DNA from: Geobacteraceae bacterium
GTDB lineage: Bacteria; Desulfobacterota; Desulfuromonadia; Geobacterales; Geobacteraceae
Assembly: GCA_036677645.1 (NCBI GenBank)
Contig: JAVBWB010000017.1
Location: 107,381-171,380 of the forward strand
Reading direction: 5' to 3'
DNA length: 64,000 nucleotides
A program made the position numbers and the translations under genes. Shown here one piece after another: positions 8,870 to 17,638 of the stretch; position 1 is the stretch's first letter; each line of letters opens with the position of its first letter. A model generated the notes under the pieces. The model saw nothing but the letters and a program-made list of their open reading frames with translations. It ran no database searches and was not told the DNA's origin.

Positions 8870-8900
8870 GGCGGGCGACAGCCCGTCTTTTTCTTTTGTT
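8870..8900 (+). terminator. Orphan intrinsic-terminator-like hairpin in the typA upstream region
   Basis: GGCGGGC-GACA-GCCCGTC forms a 7-bp stem with one G-U pair and a tetraloop. It is followed by TTTTTCTTTTGTT. No CDS ends upstream of it on this strand. Confidence 0.5.
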
Positions 8901-8996
8901 CACGGTACAACTGCCGGAAAGCGTGAAATCACGACAGCGGCAATCTGCCGGCGCTCTTGGACCTCAGGCGCCGAAAATCAAACGGGAGTCAGGATC

Positions 8997-10799
8997 ATGC
9001 AGGACAAGATACGCAATATCGCCATAATAGCCCATGTCGACCACGGCAAGACGACCCTGGTGGATGCGCTTTTGAAGCAGTCGGGAGTTTTCAGGAACAA
9101 CGAGGTCATCACCGAACGGGTCATGGATTCCAACGACCTGGAAAAGGAGCGGGGCATCACCATCCTCGCCAAGAATCTCTCCATTCGACATGACGGGTAC
9201 AAGATAAATATCGTCGACACTCCGGGGCATGCCGATTTCGGCGGCGAGGTCGAGAGGGTCCTGAAGATGGTCGACTCGGTCCTGCTCCTGGTGGACGCCA
9301 TGGACGGCCCCATGCCCCAGACCCGCTTCGTGTTGAAGAAATCCCTCGACCTGGGGCTGCGCCCGATCGTGGTGATCAACAAGATCGACCGGCCCGGCGC
9401 CCGGCCTTCCGAGGTGCTGGACATGGTGTTCGACCTCTTCTGCGAACTTCAGGCGAGCGACGAACAGCTTGACTTCGCCGTGGTCTACACCAGCGCCAAG
9501 GCGGGTTATGCGAAACTGGACCTGGAAGATGACTCCGACAACATGGAGGTCCTGTTCCAGATCATCGTGAACAATGTGAGCCCCCCTGAAGGCGATCCCG
9601 CGGCGCCTTTTCAGATGCTGGTCACGAACATCGACTATAACGACTATATCGGCAGAATTGCCACGGGCAAAATCTTCAACGGCAAGGTAACCGCCGGTGA
9701 AACCGTGGCCCTCATCAACCGCAAGGGCGCCGTTCAGCGTGGGCGCATCTCCAAACTCCTGGGGTACGAGGGATTGCAGCAGGTCGATATCACCGAAGCA
9801 TTCACCGGGGACATCGTCACCATAGCAGGCTTCGACGATGTGGGGATCGGCGAAACGATCGCCGGCGCGGACAACCCCGCAGCCCTTCCCTACGTTTCCA
9901 TCGACGAGCCCACAATTTCCATGAACTTCATCGTCAACAGCTCCCCATTCGCCGGCCGGGAGGGCAAGCTGGTCACCTCGCGCAACATCCGCGAGCGCCT
10001 GGACCGCGAATTGCGGACCAACGTCTCTCTCCGGGTGGAGAACACCGACAATCCGGACACTTTCCTGGTGTCGGGACGCGGGGAGCTGCACCTGTCCATC
10101 CTCATCGAGAACATGCGCCGCGAAGGCTTCGAAATGGCGGTTTCCAAGCCCGAAGTGATCATGCGCGACATCGACGGCCAGAAGCAGGAGCCGGTGGAAT
10201 ACCTGGTGGTGGACGTGCCCGCGGAGCACCAGGGCACGGTGATCGAAAAGATGGGCCCCCGCAAGGGTGAAATGGTTGCCATGCACCAGTTGGGCGACAT
10301 CATCAGGCTCGAGTTCGTCATCCCCGCCCGGGGCCTCATCGGCCTCCGCGGCGAACTGCTGACCGAAACCCGCGGCACCGGCATCATGACCCACACGTTC
10401 CACGGCTACGCCCCGTTCAAGGGCGAAATTCCCGGGCGCAAGAACGGCGTCCTTGCCGCGATGGAACTGGGGGAAACGACGGCCTACGCGCTCGACGCGC
10501 TCCAGCCGCGAGGCGTGCTGTTCGTCGGACCGGGAGTCGAGGTGTACGGCGGCATGATCATCGGGCAGCACGCCAAGGACAACGACCTGGACGTGAACCC
10601 CTGCAAGGGCAAAAAACTGACCAACGTCCGCGCCTCCGGGTCGGACGACGCCATAAAACTCACACCGCCCCGCGTACTGACCCTGGAGCAGGCCCTGGAG
10701 TTCATCGATGACGACGAACTTGTCGAGGTGACCCCGGCTTCGATCCGTTTGCGGAAAAAGGAGCTCGATCCGACGAAGCGGAGAAGAATCGTTCGCTGA
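8997..10799 (+). CDS. typA: Translational GTPase TypA/BipA
   Basis: [33 protein letters not shown] and NKIDR GTPase motifs. The 600-aa length and overall TypA pattern fit. Confidence 0.95.
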   Translation: MQDKIRNIAIIAHVDHGKTTLVDALLKQSGVFRNNEVITERVMDSNDLEKERGITILAKNLSIRHDGYKINIVDTPGHADFGGEVERVLKMVDSVLLLVDAMDGPMPQTRFVLKKSLDLGLRPIVVINKIDRPGARPSEVLDMVFDLFCELQASDEQLDFAVVYTSAKAGYAKLDLEDDSDNMEVLFQIIVNNVSPPEGDPAAPFQMLVTNIDYNDYIGRIATGKIFNGKVTAGETVALINRKGAVQRGRISKLLGYEGLQQVDITEAFTGDIVTIAGFDDVGIGETIAGADNPAALPYVSIDEPTISMNFIVNSSPFAGREGKLVTSRNIRERLDRELRTNVSLRVENTDNPDTFLVSGRGELHLSILIENMRREGFEMAVSKPEVIMRDIDGQKQEPVEYLVVDVPAEHQGTVIEKMGPRKGEMVAMHQLGDIIRLEFVIPARGLIGLRGELLTETRGTGIMTHTFHGYAPFKGEIPGRKNGVLAAMELGETTAYALDALQPRGVLFVGPGVEVYGGMIIGQHAKDNDLDVNPCKGKKLTNVRASGSDDAIKLTPPRVLTLEQALEFIDDDELVEVTPASIRLRKKELDPTKRRRIVR

Positions 10800-11034
10800 C
10801 CCGGCGCAGAGGTGCAACGCCTCATAAGGCAGGGAGAGATACCGCACCTCCTTAAATGGGGCAGACAGCAACTTTGCATTGACAAACTGCCTGTTTTTAA
10901 CTACTAACAGAGTAGCAAGCCCGTGTCGTCAGGATGGTCGCATTCCCCGATCCGGAAGCCAATGGGCGCTTATCCGGGTCTTCCGGATGCGCAGATGCCC
11001 CGATGTACCGCTTATTGATTGATAAGGAGCTCGT

Positions 11035-11778
11035 ATGTCCCTGAAAATAGCGGCAACCCTCTGTATTCTCCTCTGCACGGCGTCATGTACAGTGTTCGAC
11101 AACAAAAACATCAAGACGCCCCCGGAAACTTCTTTCCGGCAGGGCGAAAAGCTCTATGCGAAGAAAAAATATGAGGCTGCGTTGGAGAAGTGGCGATCGG
11201 TCAAGGACAGCAACACCTCCCCCCTGCTGAAGACGATAGCGGAACTGCGGATCGCCGATGCCCTCTACAAGGACAAGAAATATATCGAGGCCGCAGCCGA
11301 GTACGAAAACTTCAGAAAGCTTCACCCCAAGCATCCCAAGGCGCCGTATGCACTGTACATGATGGGGACCTGCAATTTCGAGCAGGTAAAGAAAATCGAC
11401 ACCGATCAGGCCCCGCTGAAAGCTTCCGTGACCAATTTCGAATCATTCCTGCAGGAATACCCGGATTCGGACCTAGGAGGGAAGGTCCGGGAAAAACTGG
11501 CCGAATGCAGGAGCAAGCAGGCCGGTTATGAAGTGTACGTGGGAAGGTTCTACTACCGGACCGACAGGTACAACGCCGCGATCACCCGCTTGAAGGATTC
11601 TCTGGACAAATACCCGAAAGCGACCGTGAATGACGAGGCCCTGTTCCTTCTGGGCAACGCCTATCTCCGCACGGGCGATAAGGCAAAGGCCAAGGAATCG
11701 CTGGAAAAGCTGGTCAAGGATTATCCGCGCAGCCAATTCGCGGACAAGGCTAAAAAGCTCCTGGCCAAGGCTTCGTGA
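11035..11778 (+). CDS. bamD: Outer membrane protein assembly factor BamD (TPR lipoprotein)
   Basis: Lipobox LLCTASC. TPR-like repeats with YAKKKYEAALEKW...HPKAPYALYMMG...YYRTDRYNAAI... match the BamD/YfiO pattern. Confidence 0.8.
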   Translation: MSLKIAATLCILLCTASCTVFDNKNIKTPPETSFRQGEKLYAKKKYEAALEKWRSVKDSNTSPLLKTIAELRIADALYKDKKYIEAAAEYENFRKLHPKHPKAPYALYMMGTCNFEQVKKIDTDQAPLKASVTNFESFLQEYPDSDLGGKVREKLAECRSKQAGYEVYVGRFYYRTDRYNAAITRLKDSLDKYPKATVNDEALFLLGNAYLRTGDKAKAKESLEKLVKDYPRSQFADKAKKLLAKAS

Positions 11779-11840
11779 CAGCAAAACACCGTTGCCGGAC
11801 AACTTGCTCCGGCGCCGCCCTGTTCCGCTTTCAGCCATAA

Positions 11841-13088
11841 ATGACTATCCTTCTCCTGTCACTCTATATCCTTCTCAGTGCGGCCGCTTTTTTTCTCTCG
11901 TGGCTGAACCTCCGCCACCTTGAACTCAACGGTGACGAAGTCCCTCGAGGATTCGAGGATCACCTGGATGTGGACACCCTCCGGAAAAGCTCTGCCTACA
12001 CTGTCGCCCAGAACAGGGTCGGCCTCGTTGAATCCATACTGGATGCCGCCATCCTGGTCCTGTTTCTGTTCTGCGGCGGTCTGGAAGCCTACGACCGCCT
12101 GATCGCGCCCCTTACCGACTCGTTCATCATCAAGGGTCTGCTCTTTTTCCTCCCCCTCTGCCTCGCCCAAGCCCTTATCGACATCCCCTTCAGCCTGTAT
12201 CGAAATTTTTCCCTCGAAAACCGTTTCGGCTTCAACACCATGACTCCGGGCCTCTGGCTTTCGGACCTGCTCAAGTCGACAGCCATCGGAACGACTCTCG
12301 CTGCGCTCCTGCTGACCGGCGCGTTCGCGATCATACAGCTGAGTCCTGCTGCATGGTGGCTCTGGGTCTGGGCATTCTTCGCCATCGTATCCTTGTTCCT
12401 GATGTACCTGTCACCGTACCTGATCGAACCCCTTTTCTACAAGTTCGAACCCATCCGGGCCGAGGGGCTGGAGGACGACATCCGGCGGGTAATGAGCAAG
12501 GCCGGCCTGGAGGTGAGCAGGGTGCTCCAGGTGGATGCCTCCCGCCGCAGCCGTCATTCCAACGCCTACTTCACCGGAATCGGCAAAGTGAAGCGCATCG
12601 TCCTGTTCGATACCCTGCTGCAACAGCTCGACCGTCCGGAGATCCTGGCTGTCCTTGCCCATGAAGCAGGCCACTGGAAAAAGCGCCATCTGCTGAAACG
12701 TCTGTTAATGGCCGAGGCGGAAGCGCTCGTTGCCTGCTACGCCGCCTTCCGCCTGCTCGAATGGGGAGGCCTCCACTCCGTGCTGGGTACGGGGGAGGTA
12801 TCCTTTCCGGCACAACTGGTTATCCTGGGTTTCCTCTTTTCTCTCGTCTCGACGCTCATGACGCCTGTCGGCAGCCTGCTCTCAAGGCGCCACGAACGGG
12901 AAGCCGACGGTTTCGCGACCGAGTTGACCGGCATGCCCGAAGCACTCGCTTCGTCACTGGTCAAGATGAGCCGCGACAACCTGTCAAACCTCCATCCCCA
13001 TCCCCTCTACGCGGCAATCTACTACTCCCATCCCCCCATGGCCGAAAGGGTGCGGGAGCTGCTCGACAAAGACGGGAAGAAGGCATAA
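11841..13088 (+). CDS. M48-family (Ste24-like) zinc metalloprotease
   Basis: Multi-TM N-terminal half, HEAGHWKKRH (HExxH), and a downstream E in READGFA. Confidence 0.85.
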   Translation: MTILLLSLYILLSAAAFFLSWLNLRHLELNGDEVPRGFEDHLDVDTLRKSSAYTVAQNRVGLVESILDAAILVLFLFCGGLEAYDRLIAPLTDSFIIKGLLFFLPLCLAQALIDIPFSLYRNFSLENRFGFNTMTPGLWLSDLLKSTAIGTTLAALLLTGAFAIIQLSPAAWWLWVWAFFAIVSLFLMYLSPYLIEPLFYKFEPIRAEGLEDDIRRVMSKAGLEVSRVLQVDASRRSRHSNAYFTGIGKVKRIVLFDTLLQQLDRPEILAVLAHEAGHWKKRHLLKRLLMAEAEALVACYAAFRLLEWGGLHSVLGTGEVSFPAQLVILGFLFSLVSTLMTPVGSLLSRRHEREADGFATELTGMPEALASSLVKMSRDNLSNLHPHPLYAAIYYSHPPMAERVRELLDKDGKKA

Positions 13089-13093
13089 CTGCC

Positions 13094-13813
13094 ATGGACA
13101 CGGTGATTATAACAGCGGCAACTGCTGGAGAATTGACGGCCCTCGTGAGAAAAACCGGAGCCCAGCAATTCAATTCCCGACTCCCCGTGGACCTGCATGT
13201 CTTCGCTGCCGGCGACAAGAGGATTGTTTTTGCAGAGACCGGGATCGGCAAGGCGCTTGCAGCTTCTGCCACGACAGCCTTGATCAACGTTTTTTCCCCA
13301 GATATGATCCTCAACACCGGTTGCGCGGGCGCATATGCCGTTTCCGGACTCAAGGCCGGCGGCCTGGCACTGGCAACGAGCGAATTTTTTGCCGACGACG
13401 GTGTCGAAACCCCTGGCGGCTGGCAATCCCTTGAGGAGATGGGTTTCTCTCTCTGGGAAAGGAACGGCCGCTGCTTTGGCAACGAGATTCCCCTGACTGC
13501 ATCCCTGGTGGAAAAAGCCCGCAGGATCGCGGACCGGGATGGTTTTCAGTTGAAGGCGGGCAAGTTCCTCACCGTCTCGACCTGCAGCGGCAGCCGCATG
13601 CGCGGCGATACCCTTGCAAAGCGCTATGGAGGCATCTGCGAAAACATGGAAGGCGCAGCCGTGGCGCTCATCGCCGCAATCTATGGAATACCATGCATGG
13701 AAGTGCGCGGCATAAGCAATCTGGTGGAAGACCGCGATCTTTCCCGCTGGGACATTCCATCAGCTGTCGCCGCAGCCTCGCATTTCATCGAACGAATCCT
13801 GGGAAGCTTGTGA
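13094..13813 (+). CDS. mqnB: Futalosine hydrolase (MqnB-type nucleosidase)
   Basis: PNP/UDP-1 fold motifs (GIGKALAA, NTGCAGA, CENMEGAAVA, RGISNLVEDRD). It lies immediately upstream of mqnD. The ATG at 13094 was chosen because the ORF-track extension overlaps the M48 gene. Confidence 0.75.
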   Translation: MDTVIITAATAGELTALVRKTGAQQFNSRLPVDLHVFAAGDKRIVFAETGIGKALAASATTALINVFSPDMILNTGCAGAYAVSGLKAGGLALATSEFFADDGVETPGGWQSLEEMGFSLWERNGRCFGNEIPLTASLVEKARRIADRDGFQLKAGKFLTVSTCSGSRMRGDTLAKRYGGICENMEGAAVALIAAIYGIPCMEVRGISNLVEDRDLSRWDIPSAVAAASHFIERILGSL

Positions 13814-13815
13814 CC

Positions 13816-14652
13816 ATGCGGACGCTTTCCCTGGGCTTTTCGCCCTGCCCCAACGACACCTTCCTGTTCCACCCACTCGTGAGCGGACGCGTCGAAACCG
13901 GCGCGCTCAGGTTCCGGGAACGGCTGGCAGATGTGGAAACGCTCAACCTGCTGGCAATGGATACGGCCCTGGACGTATGCAAGGTTTCCTATCATGCATT
14001 TGCCCATATCCGCCCGCACTATGTGCTGCTGCGCGCCGGCGGCGCCATGGGCAGAGGATGCGGCCCGTTAGTCGTCGCCCGGCGGGATTGCCGGATTGCC
14101 GACCTGACGGAAAAACGGGTCGCCACGCCCGGACGTTACACCACCGCGCACCTGCTTCTCAGGCTCTGCAACCCGGAAATCTCAGGCCTGGTCACCATGC
14201 CCTTCCATGAAATCATGTCCGCAGTCGCCAGCGGACAGGTCGACGCAGGAGTCATCATTCACGAGTCGCGTTTCACTTTTCGGGAATACGGACTGCGAGA
14301 GGTCCTCGACCTGGGCCAATGGTGGGAGTCCAGGACGGATCTTCCCCTTCCCCTTGGCGGCATAGCGGCCAGGCGCAGCCTTGGAGACTCCGTACTGCGC
14401 GAAGTGGATAATGCTGTCCGGTCAAGCGTCGAATATTCGACGTCCCACCCCGGCGAAGCATCGGACTATATCCGTTCCCATGCAAGGGAAATGGACGAAG
14501 ATGTCTGCTCCTCACATATTTCTCTCTACGTCAACCAGCACTCCCTCGATCCGGGAACCGATGGCGAACGGGCAGCCGAAACCCTGATTTCGCTCGGCGT
14601 TGCAAGCGGATTGTTCCCCGACTCAGACCTCCCCATTTACGTTTCCCGGTAG
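13816..14652 (+). CDS. mqnD: 1,4-dihydroxy-6-naphthoate synthase (MqnD)
   Basis: The N-terminus MRTLSLGFSPCPNDTFLFHPL is the characteristic MqnD start. The size is about 278 aa. Confidence 0.8.
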   Translation: MRTLSLGFSPCPNDTFLFHPLVSGRVETGALRFRERLADVETLNLLAMDTALDVCKVSYHAFAHIRPHYVLLRAGGAMGRGCGPLVVARRDCRIADLTEKRVATPGRYTTAHLLLRLCNPEISGLVTMPFHEIMSAVASGQVDAGVIIHESRFTFREYGLREVLDLGQWWESRTDLPLPLGGIAARRSLGDSVLREVDNAVRSSVEYSTSHPGEASDYIRSHAREMDEDVCSSHISLYVNQHSLDPGTDGERAAETLISLGVASGLFPDSDLPIYVSR

Positions 14653-14731
14653 CCGGCACTTTTCTCCGGCGTACGGCCCTCCACATCTTCAGTTTTTTCA
14701 ATATGTTACAAGATTTTGCACCATTATTTTC

Positions 14732-14761
14732 TTGACATGCGCGACGTGCTTGTAGTATAAG
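14732..14761 (+). promoter_or_regulatory. Sigma-70-like promoter upstream of rlpA
   Basis: TTGACA (14732-14737) followed by TAGTAT/TATAAG candidates at 15-18 nt. Confidence 0.45.
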
Positions 14762-14787
14762 GATGCCTCGCCCAGAAGGAGGTGCCG

Positions 14788-15243
14788 ATGGCATCGCTGA
14801 ACCGAAGGGGCATGGTGGCGTTGATCATAGCCGGCCAGGCTCTGCTCCTTCAGATCCAGACACTTCCCTTGCAAGCAGCAGAATTATTGTCGGATGGGAA
14901 AAAAGATAATATTGAGCAAAACCGCCCGGTCCCGGGAGAAGCAACCGGCAAGGAAGGAATTGCCACTTATTACGCTAAGAAGTACACGGGAAAGAGAACA
15001 GCATCTGGAAGCAGGTATTGCCCCAAGAAACTTACGGCAGCACATCCGAGCCTGCCCTTGGGGGCAAAAGTCAAGGTAGTGAACCTTGCAAACAGAAATG
15101 AAGTACATGTAACTGTCAATGACCGCTGCCGGAAGAAGAGCGTACCTACGATCGATTTGTCGCGGGAGGCAGCAAAACAGCTGGGATTCTTGGGAAAAGG
15201 GACTGCACGAGTCCTGATTCAGCCTCTGGACAGAGAATCCTGA
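14788..15243 (+). CDS. rlpA: RlpA-family (DPBB) septal lytic transglycosylase-like lipoprotein
   Basis: GIATYYAKKYTGKRTASGSRY...LTAAHPSLPLGAKVKVVNLANRNEVHVTVNDR is the RlpA double-psi beta-barrel signature. An AGGAGG SD lies 6 nt before the ATG at 14788. Confidence 0.8.
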   Translation: MASLNRRGMVALIIAGQALLLQIQTLPLQAAELLSDGKKDNIEQNRPVPGEATGKEGIATYYAKKYTGKRTASGSRYCPKKLTAAHPSLPLGAKVKVVNLANRNEVHVTVNDRCRKKSVPTIDLSREAAKQLGFLGKGTARVLIQPLDRES

Positions 15244-15271
15244 AAAAAAATCATTGGGCGAACAGACACAA

Positions 15272-15306
15272 GAAAGGCCGGGTATCCACCCGGCCTTTCT
15301 GTTTTA
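15272..15306. terminator. Bidirectional intrinsic terminator between rlpA and the TPR gene
   Basis: GGCCGGG-TATCCA-CCCGGCC hairpin flanked by an A-run upstream and a T-run (CTTTCTGTTTT) downstream. It lies between convergent genes. Confidence 0.6.
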
Positions 15307-15311
15307 CCGAT

Positions 15312-17306
15312 TTATTTCTTTTTGGCCTTCTTGCCCTTTGAACCCTGCTTTGACTTCGTCTTTCCGGAAGAGCCACCGCCTGAGGACTTCTTCTTGGCAG
15401 CGCCATGCTTTGATGACTTTTTCGGCGAGTCATCGTCGGATTTATCCCGGGTTTTCTTGCCTTTGGCCGACGCTTTCCCCTTCTTTTCCTTCTTATCCTT
15501 CTTTCCCTTTTTCTTTGCATGGACCTTGCTTTTGTGAACCGGCGGGTCCGGAGACAGCTCCTCGCGGAGGTTGCCGAGCAGCACGGGGGGCTCATCGAGG
15601 CCCGGATTCGCTTTTTTTGCTGTTTCCAGAACCCCCTTCGCATCATTGAAGCGACCCGTCTTCATGAGGAGCCGGCCATAGGCATTCAGGGCTTTGGGAT
15701 GGTCCGCTTTCAGCTCCAGCGCCTTCTTGTAGGATGCCGCCGCGGAGTCGTAATCCTTGTTGAATTCATTTATCAGGCCGAGCTTGTAGTGGTTGTCCGG
15801 ATTGTTCGGCGCCAAAGCGATATTTTCCTTCAAAAGGCTGGTCACCTTGTTGAAGTCTTTCTTCTTGACATAGATGGCAAGAATCGCGTTCCTGGACTCG
15901 GGATCGTCCCTTTTCAGCCGGAGGACTTCCATGTAATGCCGCAGCGCATCATCATCCTGGGAGTTACGCCGATACAGGTTGGCCAGGTCCCGCTGGGCGT
16001 CGACGTTGTCCGGGTCGAGGCGCACCGTGGTGTTATATTCGCTGATGGCATCCCGGTAATTCTTGTTGTTCATGTAGGCACGGGCCAGCCGATAGTGGAC
16101 CTGGGGCGTGTCTTTCTTCATCCTGACCAGTTCCCGGTACTGATCGATGGCCTGGGGAAAACTCCCCCGCAAGGCATAAATGTCGGCCAGCAGCCTCCGG
16201 GTCTCGGGACTGTCGGGATCCGCCCGCAGCGCTTCACGGTATTCGACCACCGCCTCATCGAGCATCGCCTTTTTCTCGTAGAGCACGCCAAGGTTTCGAT
16301 GGGCCTCGGCCGGAGCGCCCTTCAGGCGAATCGCTTCCCGATAGGTGGCGACCGCCTCGTCGTCGCGGCCGGCTGCCGCATAGGCATCACCCAGGCGTAC
16401 CAGCGTTTCCGGATCACCCGGACGGTCCTTGGCCGCCTCTTCCAGTTCTGAAACCGCCTTTGCATAATCCCCTGACTTGAGATACTCGCTGCCTTTCCGC
16501 AACTGCTCCATCAACTCCACCGAGCGATTCCGGCCCCCCAGGAGGTATTCATACTCGGCCTTCCGGAGCTCCCCTTTCTTCTCATACGCGGATCCGAGCA
16601 GAAGATGAATCTTCTTGCTCTGGGGGTTGGCCGTCTGCAGTTTCTTCAGCTCGTCGATGGCCTTGTCGGTCTGGTTCCTGTCCAGGTACAGGGCAGCCAT
16701 CCCGATCCGCGCATCTTCACTTGCGGTATTGTTGCCGATCGCTTTCAGATATTCTTCGTCAGCCTTGTCGTACTGCCCCTGCTTGCGGTAGATGTCCGCG
16801 AGACCGGCATGGAGAGACGCGTCATCCGGCCGGCCCTTGATCGCCTCCTGGTAATGGTAGGTGGCGAGGGGATAGCTCTTCTTGTCCGCATAGACTCTTG
16901 CCAGGCCCTTGTGGAAGCGGGGATTGCTCTCCTCCGCCAAGGCCTTTGTCAACTCCAGGGCCGCATCGTCCAGCATCCCCTTCTGGTAATAGAGCTCACC
17001 CAGGTTCCCGTGGGCATGGGGAAAAGACGGATCCTCCTTGAGGCACTCCCGGTAACTGGCGATGGCGTCATCGAACCTCGAGGCTCTCTCAAGACGCGTG
17101 GCTCTCACGAAATTCCCCGCCGCACCGTCCGGACAGAGCTCCAGAACGCGTTTTTCCAACAGCTCCCTTTCAGCATCATTTTTCGCATCAAAACCGGCAG
17201 CAATCTTTTTTGCCTGGGAACACTTCCCGGCAAGTCCGAAAGTCCAGTCGAATCCGCAGCTGAGGGAAGCAAGGAGTGCCAATAACAGAAACAGGTTTTT
17301 TTTCAT
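15312..17306 (-). CDS. TPR-repeat lipoprotein with a lysine-rich C-terminal tail
   Basis: Start MKKNLFLLLALLASLSCG (lipobox), followed by more than 10 TPR-like repeats. The last approximately 90 aa are K/G/S-rich (KKKGKKDKKEKKGKASAKGKK...GKKAKKK). Confidence 0.8.
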   Translation of the reverse strand: MKKNLFLLLALLASLSCGFDWTFGLAGKCSQAKKIAAGFDAKNDAERELLEKRVLELCPDGAAGNFVRATRLERASRFDDAIASYRECLKEDPSFPHAHGNLGELYYQKGMLDDAALELTKALAEESNPRFHKGLARVYADKKSYPLATYHYQEAIKGRPDDASLHAGLADIYRKQGQYDKADEEYLKAIGNNTASEDARIGMAALYLDRNQTDKAIDELKKLQTANPQSKKIHLLLGSAYEKKGELRKAEYEYLLGGRNRSVELMEQLRKGSEYLKSGDYAKAVSELEEAAKDRPGDPETLVRLGDAYAAAGRDDEAVATYREAIRLKGAPAEAHRNLGVLYEKKAMLDEAVVEYREALRADPDSPETRRLLADIYALRGSFPQAIDQYRELVRMKKDTPQVHYRLARAYMNNKNYRDAISEYNTTVRLDPDNVDAQRDLANLYRRNSQDDDALRHYMEVLRLKRDDPESRNAILAIYVKKKDFNKVTSLLKENIALAPNNPDNHYKLGLINEFNKDYDSAAASYKKALELKADHPKALNAYGRLLMKTGRFNDAKGVLETAKKANPGLDEPPVLLGNLREELSPDPPVHKSKVHAKKKGKKDKKEKKGKASAKGKKTRDKSDDDSPKKSSKHGAAKKKSSGGGSSGKTKSKQGSKGKKAKKK

Positions 17307-17638
17307 CGGTATCCTCGCACGATTCCTATTATTAATGTCGCAAAACAGGCAGGTGATTATACACAGCCCACGGCAACAATTCAAATAATTATCGGCAACC
17401 GCTTGATTTTCCGAAGTTGATCGGCAGCGGGCTAGTGGACGGGAGATGCGTTCCCAACATTTTTATTGTGGTTGACGGGTCCGGCAGATTTGTCTTACAG
17501 TGCCCATAAAGTACAAATCCGCATATTGGGAATGAAGAAGAATTAGTGTACACTTGACAGTGCAGCCGGGAATGATTACCTGAATACAATGGACACCTTG
17601 TCGGTTGCGGAACCGATAATCATAAAAGGAGAATGCAC

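Noticed and set aside
8516-8996. GEMM-I (c-di-GMP/cGAMP) riboswitch, which is common in Geobacter-like genomes
   Set aside because: I looked here and in other long leaders (58771-59062, 49821-50141, 40370-40630) for the ACGCAAAGC/GGCAAA-type core. There was no convincing match by eye, and an Infernal scan would be decisive.
8590-9027. 145-aa ORF in the typA upstream spacer
   Set aside because: It has no SD, odd composition, spans a terminator hairpin and runs into the typA start. It is treated as non-coding; see the leader/sRNA finding.
8964-10871. 635-aa ORF on the minus strand
   Set aside because: It is entirely antisense to typA, whose GTPase motifs are unambiguous. Its product is low-complexity and rich in G, D, V, H and R, typical of a shadow ORF in GC-rich DNA.
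10949-10989. 9-bp inverted repeat GATCCGGAAG / CTTCCGGAT upstream of bamD
   Set aside because: It has a 21-nt loop, no U-tract and no second copy in the window. It cannot be distinguished from a chance hairpin in GC-rich DNA.
12761-13093. Long N-terminal extensions of the mqnB ORF (and of mqnD, 13693-13815)
   Set aside because: The extensions overlap the preceding genes in another frame and are Arg/Pro-rich. Internal ATGs give canonical MqnB and MqnD N-termini.
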